From positions 33 to 64,032 of the forward strand of contig JAHJQG010000064.1 in the NCBI GenBank assembly GCA_018819345.1: a stretch of DNA of 64,000 nt, given 5' to 3'. Under the pieces are notes generated by a model that was not told the DNA's origin, did not search any database, and worked only from the letters and a program-made list of their open reading frames with translations. Below are positions 9,352 to 19,821 of the stretch, in pieces (the first letter of the stretch is position 1; every line of letters starts with the position of its first letter). Both the position numbers and the translations under genes were made by a program. The DNA is from Nanobdellota archaeon (GTDB lineage: Archaea; Nanobdellota; Nanobdellia; Woesearchaeales; CG1-02-33-12).

Positions 9352-11115
9352 TTGATGCAACTAGCTAATACCATAGGACTTTATGCTTTTCTAAGCCTCA
9401 TACCATTGATAATAATCTACTTAAGAAAACCCAAGCCAGTTGAAAAAGTTATTCCCTCACTTATGTTTCTCATAAAGAATCAGAAAGATACTACAAAACA
9501 CACTTTTTTCCAGAAATTACTGAGAAATCTTGTATTTTTATTGCAGTTATTGGCATTATCACTAATGGCTTTTTCAATTGCCTTACCTTATATAATAACA
9601 TCTGAGGCTGTTACATCACAAAACACTGTTATTATAATTGATGCAAGCGCAAGCTCACAAGCAATCAGCAATGGCAGGACAAGATTTGAAAGCTCAATAG
9701 ATATAGCAAAAGACTATATGCAAGGAAAGATAAGCATAATAGTTGTTTCTGAAAGCCCTGAAACAATTCTAGAGCATGGAACAAAAAACCAGGCATTATC
9801 ATTGCTCCAAACCTTAGAACCAAAGGATACAAAGACAAATATTGAAAGTGCATTGTATGAAGCAGAATCAATACTTGCAGATACCAAGGGAAGAATTATT
9901 GTTATAAGTGATTTTATAGTAGAGGATGTAAATGAATTATTAAAAGCAAAGAGAATATTATCTTCAAAGGACATTGATGTTGAGTTTATAAGTACATGGA
10001 GCAAGGCAACAAACATAGGAATCATTGAACTAGATGTTAATAAGTACAATATGGTAGCATATGTAAAGAATTTCAATGATGATGATGCAGAAATAACAGC
10101 AGCACTTGTTAAGGATGGCAGTGCTTTGGAAACAAAATCAAAAACAATAACAGCCCATTCAACAGAAATATTTAATTTTGAGACACCAACAGGAATTAGC
10201 GAAATTACAATAAATTCAGATGATGATTTCAAGCTTGACAATACTGTTTACATAAGTGCTCCTGAAAAAAAACAGATTGATGTTCTTCTGATAACAAATG
10301 CAAAGACAAGCTATCTTATGAAGGCATTGCAGTCATCAAAAGACATTAATCTTCAGATTGCAGAACCACCAATAGTCCAGGGAATTGAGTCCAGCGAGGT
10401 TATAATAATAAGTGGTATAGATGGAAGCCTTATTCTTCCGGGAACACTTGAGGAAATATCAAGAGAAGTAGAAGATGGAAAAAGCCTAATAATCACAGCA
10501 CAGGATGATTTAAATCAAATAGACGTACTATGGCTTCTGCCTGTTGAATTAAATGAAAAAGCCAATAATACAAAGGCATGTGTCAAGGTGATAAATGAAT
10601 TCACAAATCAGTTTGAGAACAATATGTGTTTTACAATGGTTAAAAAATATTTTAAGGCAATTCCAAAAAATAATACAATATCTATTATTGAAGCAGATGA
10701 TTCAAGCCCATTGGTAGCTTTTGGGAAAAAGGGGAAGGGTAATATAGTTTATTATGGATTAATTGATGAACATGCTGATTTTAAGACTCAAACATCTTAT
10801 CCAATATTCTGGAATGACTTATTAAACTTTCTTGCTGAAACAGGAGATATAAATGACTATAACCTTAAAATAGATGAAAAGCCATCAATAGACAAAGCAG
10901 GAATATATGATAATGGCAATAAGATTGCAGTAAACCTTCTTGATGAACATGAGTCAGACATAGCAAAGGAAACAATAGATTTTGATGAGCAGGGTTTTGT
11001 TTCAGGCATTTCCCAGGAAAATGTTGTTGTAAACCTTGATGTTTATTTAATTATTTTTGCAATTATTATCATGTCTTTTGAGATATTTTATATAAAGATA
11101 AGGGGTGATTTATAA
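9352..11115 (+). CDS. BatA-like membrane protein with a vWA-like domain
   Basis: N-terminal double-TM BatA_N-like segment. A DxSxS-like motif IIIDASASS. Confidence 0.5.
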   Translation: MMQLANTIGLYAFLSLIPLIIIYLRKPKPVEKVIPSLMFLIKNQKDTTKHTFFQKLLRNLVFLLQLLALSLMAFSIALPYIITSEAVTSQNTVIIIDASASSQAISNGRTRFESSIDIAKDYMQGKISIIVVSESPETILEHGTKNQALSLLQTLEPKDTKTNIESALYEAESILADTKGRIIVISDFIVEDVNELLKAKRILSSKDIDVEFISTWSKATNIGIIELDVNKYNMVAYVKNFNDDDAEITAALVKDGSALETKSKTITAHSTEIFNFETPTGISEITINSDDDFKLDNTVYISAPEKKQIDVLLITNAKTSYLMKALQSSKDINLQIAEPPIVQGIESSEVIIISGIDGSLILPGTLEEISREVEDGKSLIITAQDDLNQIDVLWLLPVELNEKANNTKACVKVINEFTNQFENNMCFTMVKKYFKAIPKNNTISIIEADDSSPLVAFGKKGKGNIVYYGLIDEHADFKTQTSYPIFWNDLLNFLAETGDINDYNLKIDEKPSIDKAGIYDNGNKIAVNLLDEHESDIAKETIDFDEQGFVSGISQENVVVNLDVYLIIFAIIIMSFEIFYIKIRGDL

Positions 11116-11141
11116 TCATCTACTTCAAGAATCCAGAAGCA

Positions 11142-13511
11142 TTGTTATTATGCCTGCCTGCAATAATCATATTAATCATCCTTATTAGAAAAACCTTTGT
11201 TAAGTTTGCAACAGAAAAAGAAAAAAAAGAGCATGAAAAGAGCAAAAAACTTTCAAGAATATTAATAGCAATATCAAGATGCCTGATTTTCTCAATTTTA
11301 ATAATAGCACTAGCATCACCATTCAGCCTGGAGGAGAAAACTGTTCAGGGAGATCCTTCATTAACAATACTTGCAGATAACTCAACTTCATTTGAGCTTT
11401 TTGAGCAGGACATTGCCTCTAACTTAAAACTTAATCTTGAAAAGGAGATTCCAACAAGAATAAAATATATTGCACATGGAGAAGAATCACCAATAGGAGA
11501 CAGCCTGCTTAACAACATGAAGGGAAATGATAATCTATTGTTAATTAGCGATGGAAACAATAACAAAGGGACTTCTTTAGGTGATGTAATGATGCTCGCC
11601 TCCTCATTAAACACAACTATCAGCTCATTAAGTATTAATCCAATAAAAACAGACCTTGCTGTGACAATTGACAGCCCTTCTGAACTAATATTTGGAACAG
11701 AAGCCCTGCTGTATGTAGATGTAAAACAGACAGGCCCTTTCTCATTGGATTATGATATTAGGGTAATGATTGATGACACTGTTGTAATAGACGAGAAAGC
11801 AACTGGTACAAAAACATTTGAGATTAAGCAGATGCTGCGGACAGGCTATCATAAAATAAAGGCATCAATAACAGCAAGCGATTATTTCAGGCAAAACAAT
11901 GTTTATTACAAAACAATCCATGTCCTGCCAAAGCCAAAGATACTCTTTATTTCACAAAAAGATGCAAAGATAACAAAAATAATGGATACACTCTACGATG
12001 TTGCCAAAAAGAGCTATATGCCAAAAGACCTTAAGCCATATTCTGCTGTTGTTTTGTATAATATAAATGAAGACTGGCTCAAAACAAATACAGATATTTT
12101 AACTGATTATGTAGCAGATGGTAATGGCCTTGTAGTCATTGGAGGTGATAACTCATTTGATTATGGCAATTATGAAAATTCAATGTTTGAAACCATTCTG
12201 CCTGTTAAGGTAGGCCTTGCTGGAAAAGAAGAGGAAAGCGGAATGAACATTATAATTGTAATGGATGTTTCAGGAACAACATGCTCTGCTTTTAGTAGTG
12301 GAAGCAAAAATACAAAGATAGATGTTGAAAAGGCAGTTGCAACCCAAATAATTGGTGGTTTAAGAGCTGAAGACAATATTGGTGTTGTAACATTTGATTT
12401 TAATTCTCACCTTGTATCTCCTATTTTACCAATAATGGAAAAACCAGATTTAAACTATACAATAGCAACCATACAGTGCGGTGGCTATAGTGCAGGAACA
12501 CTTGTTTCTGCTGGTTTGATAAGAGCAGAGCATATGCTCAGATCTACAAAAGGAAGCAAGAACATTGTTCTGATATCTGATGGAATAACACAATACCCAA
12601 AGGATGCAATTGCAAAGGCAAAATCAATGACGGCTCAGGGAATAAAAACATATGCTGTTGGAGTTGGCTTTGACACTAACAGCCAGTTTATGCAGGATCT
12701 GGCATTAAAGGGCAATGGTATTTATTTTGAGCCAACAGAGGCACAGAGGTTAAATATAATTTTCAGCAGGGAATATGAGGAAGAGGAGACAGATGTAATG
12801 GGTCTCTTAATAATTGACTTAAATCATTTTATAACAAAAAACCTTGATTTAAGCGCAAAGATAACTGGCTTTAACCAGGTTGTTCCAAAAACCTCGGCAA
12901 GGATGCTTATAACAACCCAGAATACGAATCCAATAGTTAGTGTATGGCACTTTGGACTTGGAAGAGTTGCTGCATTAACCACAGATCCAGAAGTATGGGC
13001 AGGCCAGCTCTTAAACAAGGAAAACTCAAAACTTATCACAAGAACAGTCAATTGGGCTATTGGCGACCCAGGCAGAAACAAGGAGTTTGATGTAAAGCTT
13101 AAGGATTCAAGAATTAATGATATTGCCCAGATAAATGTTATTTCACAAACAGAGCCAGTGCTTGAGGGATTTTCATTTTCAAAAATAACTAAAAACCTTT
13201 ACAGGGCAAGTTTTGTTCCAAAGCAAACAGGGTTTTATGATTTTTTTGATGCTTCAATGGCTGTTAATTACAAGAGAGAATATGAGGACTTGGGAATAAA
13301 TCCAGAGCTTATAGACCTTGTAAGCATCACCAACGGAAGAATATTTGACAAGGACAATACAACAGCAATAGTGGAATTTATAAGGGAAAACTCAAGAAGA
13401 AAAAAAATAGATGAAAAAAGTTACACCTGGATTCTTGTTTTAACAGCATTATCTATATTTTTAATAGAGGTCTGTATCAGGAGGATTATGGAAAATAGGA
13501 AATCTATATAA
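11142..13511 (+). CDS. von Willebrand factor A domain membrane protein (BatB-like)
   Basis: N-terminal TM segment and a MIDAS motif IIIVMDVSGTTCS...ISDGI. Confidence 0.6.
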   Translation: MLLCLPAIIILIILIRKTFVKFATEKEKKEHEKSKKLSRILIAISRCLIFSILIIALASPFSLEEKTVQGDPSLTILADNSTSFELFEQDIASNLKLNLEKEIPTRIKYIAHGEESPIGDSLLNNMKGNDNLLLISDGNNNKGTSLGDVMMLASSLNTTISSLSINPIKTDLAVTIDSPSELIFGTEALLYVDVKQTGPFSLDYDIRVMIDDTVVIDEKATGTKTFEIKQMLRTGYHKIKASITASDYFRQNNVYYKTIHVLPKPKILFISQKDAKITKIMDTLYDVAKKSYMPKDLKPYSAVVLYNINEDWLKTNTDILTDYVADGNGLVVIGGDNSFDYGNYENSMFETILPVKVGLAGKEEESGMNIIIVMDVSGTTCSAFSSGSKNTKIDVEKAVATQIIGGLRAEDNIGVVTFDFNSHLVSPILPIMEKPDLNYTIATIQCGGYSAGTLVSAGLIRAEHMLRSTKGSKNIVLISDGITQYPKDAIAKAKSMTAQGIKTYAVGVGFDTNSQFMQDLALKGNGIYFEPTEAQRLNIIFSREYEEEETDVMGLLIIDLNHFITKNLDLSAKITGFNQVVPKTSARMLITTQNTNPIVSVWHFGLGRVAALTTDPEVWAGQLLNKENSKLITRTVNWAIGDPGRNKEFDVKLKDSRINDIAQINVISQTEPVLEGFSFSKITKNLYRASFVPKQTGFYDFFDASMAVNYKREYEDLGINPELIDLVSITNGRIFDKDNTTAIVEFIRENSRRKKIDEKSYTWILVLTALSIFLIEVCIRRIMENRKSI

Positions 13512-13535
13512 ATAAGGATTAATTAGGCGAATGAT

Positions 13536-14057
13536 ATGGCATATATGAAGAAAAATGTGAATTTTGGTTTTTTTCTTTTGTTAATTGCAACCCTGATATC
13601 TATTGCTGGCTTAAGTGTTTACTACCAGACAACATTTAAGGACTTGTATATGGATTACAAACTAAAACTTGATGATTTAAAAAATATTTCATCAACACTC
13701 AGCACTGAAAAGGCAAAGCTTGAGCAGACAAGCCAGGAGCTGGATATTAAGGAAGAAAGGGAGAAGGAATTAAGCACACAATATACAGGCTTAAAGACTG
13801 AAAAAGAAAAAATAGAGGCTGAAAAAGCAAGTTTGCAAAAACAGCTAACAGCAAAAACAAGCGAATTACAACAGAAAAAAGCAGAGTTATTCACAGCAAA
13901 GAAGAATCTCGCAACAGCACAAACAGAACTTAGCATATCGAAGACAGACCTTGCTGCTGCTATGACAACAATATCCGGACTCAGATCAGATACAAATAAC
14001 TTAAATGATGAAATAGATAAACTTAAGGCTGACTTGGCTGCATGCCAAAGCACATAA
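13536..14057 (+). CDS. signal/TM-anchored coiled-coil protein
   Basis: N-terminal hydrophobic segment followed by a heptad-rich sequence. Confidence 0.4.
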   Translation: MAYMKKNVNFGFFLLLIATLISIAGLSVYYQTTFKDLYMDYKLKLDDLKNISSTLSTEKAKLEQTSQELDIKEEREKELSTQYTGLKTEKEKIEAEKASLQKQLTAKTSELQQKKAELFTAKKNLATAQTELSISKTDLAAAMTTISGLRSDTNNLNDEIDKLKADLAACQST

Positions 14058-14060
14058 AAA

Positions 14061-14849
14061 ATGAAGAAATTTAATAAAGTTTTAAAGGAAATAAATTTTA
14101 CATTCAGCAACATAATACTATTTAATGGTTTTTTAAATGCATTTCTAATATTTTTAGTTCTTTATATTCCCCTATCTTTATTTAATTTTTATCAGATATA
14201 TTCATTAGTTCCAACAATATTATATTTTATAATCTTTTCATATAAAGGAATCAGAAAAAAACATTTAAGGGATGTTGAAAAAAAATATCATCTTCTTAAT
14301 GAAAGGCTGAGAACAGCAGCAGATAACATAAAAATACAAAATCCTGTTGTTGATGAGCTGAAATCTGACATTATGAGAGATATGAAACATGTTGAAGTAA
14401 CGTCTTTTTTTAATCAAAAAAAGATGTCTTATAAAATCCTGCTTAGCATTATCCTGTGCTTTTTAATAGTATTTTCAGCACAGTTTGATATATCCTTTAA
14501 CTTTAAAAACATAGCAGATAATGCTGTTGATTTTATATATGGCATTGGCGGAAATAATACAGACGGGGGAAAGCAGGGTCTTGAGAGAATAGCTGGCTCT
14601 GGAGAAAGTGAAAATGTATTTGGTGATGCATACATTGCCCAGATGGGTGATGAAACACTTGATATGTTTATTAAGCAAGCGGGCTATGAGATAAACCTTG
14701 ATGATGTCAAAGAGCCAGAAAGAAGAGAGTTTGAAGAGATTTTTCCAGATGAGGTATTTATAGCAACAGCTGATGTTTATGAAGAGAAAATTCAGGAAGA
14801 GCAGCAAGAGCTTGTAAAAACATATTTTTTAAAGCTTGCAAAGGGCTAA
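14061..14849 (+). CDS. membrane protein, possible Bat-cluster component
   Basis: Several TM helices. It lies between the vWA and MoxR genes. Confidence 0.4.
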   Translation: MKKFNKVLKEINFTFSNIILFNGFLNAFLIFLVLYIPLSLFNFYQIYSLVPTILYFIIFSYKGIRKKHLRDVEKKYHLLNERLRTAADNIKIQNPVVDELKSDIMRDMKHVEVTSFFNQKKMSYKILLSIILCFLIVFSAQFDISFNFKNIADNAVDFIYGIGGNNTDGGKQGLERIAGSGESENVFGDAYIAQMGDETLDMFIKQAGYEINLDDVKEPERREFEEIFPDEVFIATADVYEEKIQEEQQELVKTYFLKLAKG

Positions 14850-14876
14850 TTAAATTAAAAATGAGGTGTATTAAGA

Positions 14877-15812
14877 ATGGAAAAATATAAGGAAACTTTT
14901 GATGGTTTATACAAAGAGATAGGCAAGATAGTTGTTGGGCAAAGGGATGTTGTTGAGCAGATTCTTATTACAATATTATGCGATGCAAATGCCCTGCTTG
15001 AGGGCTACCCTGGATTGGCAAAAACACTGGCAATAAAGACCATGGCCCAGCTGATGGACCTTAAATTCAGCAGAATACAAAACACCCCTGATTTAATGCC
15101 ATCTGACATAACAGGCACATATATTATTGAAGAGACATCTGGCAAGAGAAACTTTAAGTTCCAGCCAGGGCCAGTTTTTGCAAATATTGTGCTTGCAGAT
15201 GAAATCAACAGGGCAACACCAAAAACGCAGTCAGCCTTGCTTGAGGCAATGCAGGAAAAGCAGGTTACTGTTGGAAATACAACATTCAAGCTTGACATAC
15301 CCTTTTTCGTCCTTGCAACACAAAACCCTATTGAGCAGGAGGGAACATACCCATTGCCAGAGGCCCAGGCAGACAGGTTTTTGCTTAAAATCAAGATTGG
15401 GTATCCAACCTATGATGAGGAGATTGAAATAGTCAATAAATATGCATTTGAGCTCAAAGAGCAGAAAGTAAGGGTATTATTAAATAAGGCACATCTTATG
15501 CATATGCAAACCCTGGTAAGGCAGGTTCCAATAGCAAATGACCTTAAGCATAGGATTGTGAATATAGTTACTGAAACAAGAAAACACCCTGATTTAATAG
15601 AATATGGGGCATCACCAAGGGCATCTATTGGCCTTGTTCTTGCATCAAAGGCAAGAGCTGTTGTAAAGGGAAGAAACTATGTGAGCAAAGAGGATATTGA
15701 TGCAATGGCTTACCCAATATTAAGGCATAGGATAATATTAAACTTTGAGGCTGAGAGAAAGGGAATGTCAACAGATGATGCCGTAAAGGAGATATTAAGC
15801 AAGGTAAGATGA
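14877..15812 (+). CDS. MoxR-family AAA+ ATPase
   Basis: Walker A GYPGLAKT and the characteristic length of MoxR proteins. Confidence 0.85.
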   Translation: MEKYKETFDGLYKEIGKIVVGQRDVVEQILITILCDANALLEGYPGLAKTLAIKTMAQLMDLKFSRIQNTPDLMPSDITGTYIIEETSGKRNFKFQPGPVFANIVLADEINRATPKTQSALLEAMQEKQVTVGNTTFKLDIPFFVLATQNPIEQEGTYPLPEAQADRFLLKIKIGYPTYDEEIEIVNKYAFELKEQKVRVLLNKAHLMHMQTLVRQVPIANDLKHRIVNIVTETRKHPDLIEYGASPRASIGLVLASKARAVVKGRNYVSKEDIDAMAYPILRHRIILNFEAERKGMSTDDAVKEILSKVR

Positions 15813-16657
15813 TAACAACTGAATTTCTGTCCCAGCTTGACAGGTTTAATCTTGTTATAAAGAAAAGAGTTACATCAAGCTATACAGGAGAAAGGCGCTC
15901 TGTAATGCATGGCAGGGGCATAACAATAAAAGACCATAGGATATATGCTCCAGGAGATGATTTCAGGTCAATAGACTGGAGAATATATGCAAGGACAGAT
16001 GACCTTTATATCAAGAGATATGAAGAGGATAAGAGCCTTACAACCCATATAATAGTTGACCACAGTGCTAGCATGAACTTTGGCAAGGGCATTACAAAGT
16101 TTGACTATTCTTCTATGCTTGGTGTTGGAATGGCATATCTTACAATGAAGGAGAATGAGAAATTCCAGTTCTCAACCTTTTCAGAGGAAATTGAAACATT
16201 TAAGTCAAAAAGGGGCATGGGCCATCTTGCAGAAATGGTTGACCACCTTAATAACATAAAGCTAATTGGTTTTTCAAGATTTAAGGATGCACTAACCAAA
16301 TACAAAAAAATCATAGGCTCAAGGGCTCTTATAGTTATAATATCTGATTTCCTATTTGATATTGAAGAGATAGAGCAAGGGCTTTTTATGCTGGGTGATC
16401 ATGATATGAAAATAATACAGGTTTTAGATCCTGTTGAAAGAAAGCTTGCATTTGATGGTGATTTCAGGCTTAAGGACTCTGAAACAAAAAATATACTAAG
16501 AACTTATGTAAATCCAAGGCTTAGAGTTGATTATAAGCAAAGGCTTGAAGACCATATATCAAAAATAGCAAAGATATGTGATGAGCTTGGGGTTGAGTTT
16601 CACATTATAACAACAGACAAGCCAATATTTGATGCCTTCTATGATATACTAAAATAG
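15809..16657 (+). CDS. DUF58-family protein (vWA-like, MoxR partner)
   Basis: Overlapping start immediately downstream of moxR. A DUF58-like size and the conserved pairing context. Confidence 0.65.
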   Translation: MITTEFLSQLDRFNLVIKKRVTSSYTGERRSVMHGRGITIKDHRIYAPGDDFRSIDWRIYARTDDLYIKRYEEDKSLTTHIIVDHSASMNFGKGITKFDYSSMLGVGMAYLTMKENEKFQFSTFSEEIETFKSKRGMGHLAEMVDHLNNIKLIGFSRFKDALTKYKKIIGSRALIVIISDFLFDIEEIEQGLFMLGDHDMKIIQVLDPVERKLAFDGDFRLKDSETKNILRTYVNPRLRVDYKQRLEDHISKIAKICDELGVEFHIITTDKPIFDAFYDILK

Positions 16658-16693
16658 AACAATTTAAAAATAAATAACTCTTTCTTTTACAGT

Positions 16694-17359
16694 ATGAAAC
16701 TAATGTTTGTTGAAGCAAGATACAAGAAGCTAATATCAATTGAAAAGCATGTTTTAAAACTGCCTGAAAAGATTGGCTTGGTTACAACAGTTCAGTTTAT
16801 TGGCCAGATTAATAAAATTAAGTCAATGCTTGAGAAAAAGGGCAAAAAAGTATTTTTAGGAAAGGGCAGGCATACAAAATACAATGGCCAGGTTCTTGGA
16901 TGTGATGTTAATTCTGCTCTTTCTGTTAGTAATAGGGTTGATGCATTCCTTTACATTGGCTCTGGTCTGTTTCATCCAATTGCTATTTCATTAAAAACAA
17001 AAAAAGATGTTTTTACATTTAACCATTTGACTGAAAAGTTTGGCATGGTTGATAGAAAACAAGCAGAAAAAATAAACAAAAGAAGAAAAGGAGCATTAAT
17101 TAAATTTCTGAGCTCAAAAGAAATAGGAGTTATTTTAACAACAAAGCCCGGCCAGGAGCAGCTAAAAGAGGCCTTTGAACTTAAAAACAAATTCAAGGAC
17201 AAGAACTTTTATTTCCTTATTTTTGATACAATAGACTTTAACCAGCTGGAAAACTTTCCATTTATTGAATGCTTTGTCAATACGGCCTGCCCAAGGATAG
17301 CTTTAGATGATTCTATAAAGATTGGAAAGGCCATAATCAACCTAGAAGATATTAATTAA
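16694..17359 (+). CDS. dph2: Dph2-like diphthamide synthesis protein lacking the N-terminal domain
   Basis: GQVLGCDV, IGSGLFHP and VNTACPRIALDD match domains 2-3 of archaeal Dph2. The roughly 100-aa domain 1 carrying the first Cys ligand is absent. Confidence 0.6.
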   Translation: MKLMFVEARYKKLISIEKHVLKLPEKIGLVTTVQFIGQINKIKSMLEKKGKKVFLGKGRHTKYNGQVLGCDVNSALSVSNRVDAFLYIGSGLFHPIAISLKTKKDVFTFNHLTEKFGMVDRKQAEKINKRRKGALIKFLSSKEIGVILTTKPGQEQLKEAFELKNKFKDKNFYFLIFDTIDFNQLENFPFIECFVNTACPRIALDDSIKIGKAIINLEDIN

Positions 17360-17368
17360 ATCTTAAAA

Positions 17369-17641
17369 TTATCTTTTCTTTTTAGTGAATTTTTTAAGGA
17401 TATTCTTGATTTCTGTTATTTCTTTTAGGGTCTGCTTACTAGAATCAACATTTATGCTCAGAAGAATAAACAAAACAAGGAGTATGAGCCATGTGAATAT
17501 TGAGATAACCATTGGCCAGCCCATTGTATAGTCTGTTATATAAACCCTGTTGATAAGGTTAAATCCAAGGAGAACTGCTGCACATCCAACTATTAATACC
17601 ATCAGCTCGAAAGTGCTTATCTCAGCTCTTTTTTTTAGCAT
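17369..17641 (-). CDS. small membrane protein
   Basis: Two or three hydrophobic helices; ORF only. Confidence 0.3.
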   Translation of the reverse strand: MLKKRAEISTFELMVLIVGCAAVLLGFNLINRVYITDYTMGWPMVISIFTWLILLVLFILLSINVDSSKQTLKEITEIKNILKKFTKKKR

Positions 17642-17761
17642 AATAAACCTCTTTTATTATCTTATAAACTCTTTTCTTATAAACTTTTTGTTTTTCATTG
17701 CTTTATGCTCTTTTTTTGGTAAAAAGCATAACGCAGTTTTTGTGGATACTTAATAAAAAAT

Positions 17762-18961
17762 TCATCGAAACCTTCTTTTTCTTCTTATATTATTAGTGTT
17801 TCTTCTTGGGTAATTCCCCCTTGAATTACTGTTACTTACAATCTTTATTTTTTCAACATATGGCTTTTCCATTTTTTTAACATCAAAAGCACGGTATTCA
17901 TTCAAGATTCTTGAAAAATTCCCATAATCATCATCACAAAGCAGATTAATTACCTTTCCCTCTTCTCCAGCCCTTGCTGTCCTGCCTATCCTGTGGACAT
18001 AATCTATTGGGTTTTTTGGAATCTCATAGTTGTATATGTGAGAAACATAATCAATATGTAATCCACGGGAAGCAACATCTGTGCAAACAAGAACAAATGA
18101 ATTCCCTTTCTTGAAATTCTCCATTGAATTGTCTCTTTTGTTCTGCGTGAATCCGCCGTGTATTGCTATTGCATTTATCCCATTGACCTTAAGGTTCTTG
18201 ACAACAAAATCAGTTGTTCTTCTTGTGTTGCAGAAAACCATGATAAGTTTCGAGTCTTCCTTTTTAACTAAATGCAAAAGCAATGAAAGCTTGAAGTTTT
18301 TTGGTATGCTGTAGTAAAACTGCTTGAGCTTGCTTGGGTCAACCTGCTTTTTCCCAGAAACATTTACCGGATTCCTCATGTATTTGTTTGATAATTCCTC
18401 TATTCTTGGTGGAATTGTGGCAGAGAAAAATAATGTCTGCCTGTCTCTAGGGCATGTTTTTATTATATCCTCTATGTCATCAACAAAACCCATGTCAAGC
18501 ATCTTGTCAGCTTCATCAAGCACAAGAAGCTTAATCCTTGATGTGTCTACTGTGCGTCTCTGAAGATGGTCCTTGAACCTTCCTGGAGTTGCAATGACAA
18601 CCTCTGCTGTCCTTAACGCGTAAATCTGGGGGTTTATTGCAACCCCTCCGTAAACAGAAATTATGTTTAGTTTCTTGTTTACTGCAATCTTTATTAATTC
18701 TTTCTTGACTTGCTCTGCAAGCTCTCTTGTCGGCGTTATTACCAGCGCCTGAAGCCCTTTTCCAGGAATTGTTTTTTCAACTATTCCTGAGCCAAAAGCA
18801 AGTGTCTTGCCTGAACCGGTTTCAGATTCCCCTATTACATCCTTGCCCTGAAGTATATAGGGTATTGAAATGCTCTGTATCTGGGTAGGGCTGTCAAACC
18901 CAAGCTCTTCAATTGATTTCATTAATTCATCGCTGAATTTAAAGCTGTTAAATGCATTCAT
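17762..18961 (-). CDS. DEAD-box ATP-dependent RNA helicase
   Basis: Q-motif, Walker A GSGKT, DEAD (VLDEAD), SAT and HRIGRTAR motifs. Confidence 0.9.
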   Translation of the reverse strand: MNAFNSFKFSDELMKSIEELGFDSPTQIQSISIPYILQGKDVIGESETGSGKTLAFGSGIVEKTIPGKGLQALVITPTRELAEQVKKELIKIAVNKKLNIISVYGGVAINPQIYALRTAEVVIATPGRFKDHLQRRTVDTSRIKLLVLDEADKMLDMGFVDDIEDIIKTCPRDRQTLFFSATIPPRIEELSNKYMRNPVNVSGKKQVDPSKLKQFYYSIPKNFKLSLLLHLVKKEDSKLIMVFCNTRRTTDFVVKNLKVNGINAIAIHGGFTQNKRDNSMENFKKGNSFVLVCTDVASRGLHIDYVSHIYNYEIPKNPIDYVHRIGRTARAGEEGKVINLLCDDDYGNFSRILNEYRAFDVKKMEKPYVEKIKIVSNSNSRGNYPRRNTNNIRRKRRFR

Positions 18962-19070
18962 TTTTTACCTCAATAATAGATTATTCAGAAAAAGCGAAGT
19001 GTTCATTAAATCGAGCAAATGCCTTTTCTATCTTTCACAAAACTATAAAGTCAAAATCTATTTATTTTAT

Positions 19071-19262
19071 TTATTCTTTGTTAACGTTGACCGCTTTTGG
19101 TCCTCTGTCTCCTTGTTCAACATCAAAGGTTACTGAATCGTTTTCCTGCAGTGTGACTCCTTCCTGAAGCCCTGACTGGTGGACAAAATACTCCTTGCCA
19201 TCTTCACCTGCAATAAATCCATATCCTTTCATGTCGTTGAAGAACTTTACTGTTCCTTTCAT
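19071..19262 (-). CDS. cspA: cold-shock protein CspA family
   Basis: RNP1/RNP2 motifs KGYGFI and FVHQ; 63 aa. Confidence 0.9.
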   Translation of the reverse strand: MKGTVKFFNDMKGYGFIAGEDGKEYFVHQSGLQEGVTLQENDSVTFDVEQGDRGPKAVNVNKE

Positions 19263-19402
19263 TTTACTTCCTCCATATTATTATCCTGATTTTCAATTTT
19301 TAATCTGCACTCATCGCAGTAAATCCTTTTTGATTCTCCTTTTTTCACAACAAACCTTTTCCTGCACAATCTGCAATGCTTAACTATTTTATAATCTACC
19401 AT
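19259..19402 (-). CDS. small zinc-ribbon protein (47 aa) co-transcribed with csp
   Basis: Hand translation gives MVDYKIVKHCRLCRKRFVVKKGESKRIYCDECRLKIENQDNNMEEVK, with CxxC...CxxC. The stop TGA overlaps the csp ATG. It is absent from the ORF track because it is under 60 aa. Confidence 0.4.
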   Translation of the reverse strand: MVDYKIVKHCRLCRKRFVVKKGESKRIYCDECRLKIENQDNNMEEVK

Positions 19403-19821
19403 TTATTGTATAATCCCAATTAAATTTCTCCTCAGAAACAAAAAACAATTGCCTAAATAAACCTTACAGACAAATAGTCAAAAAGTCCCGATATATATTT
19501 GGGATGAGGGTTCCTTTTTAAATCTTTCTATTTAGCATCAAATTGTATTATCCCGAAACTATTTCCCTACGGTGAATTTCTTCCATATATGAAATTCACT
19601 CAAACAAATCTTTGGAAATAATAAAAAGATAACACAATTTAATTAACAAACACAAGATTTTTAAATAATCCTGGTTTTCCGGTTCTCTAGAGCACAATAT
19701 TAAATAAGCTTTATTTAATAGGTTTAATGGTTCTATTTTAAACTAATTTGTTTAAAAAGCTAATTAAGAACTTTTAAGCCATTATTTTTAAATAAAACAG
19801 TTGAATAATGGAGTGATTTTA

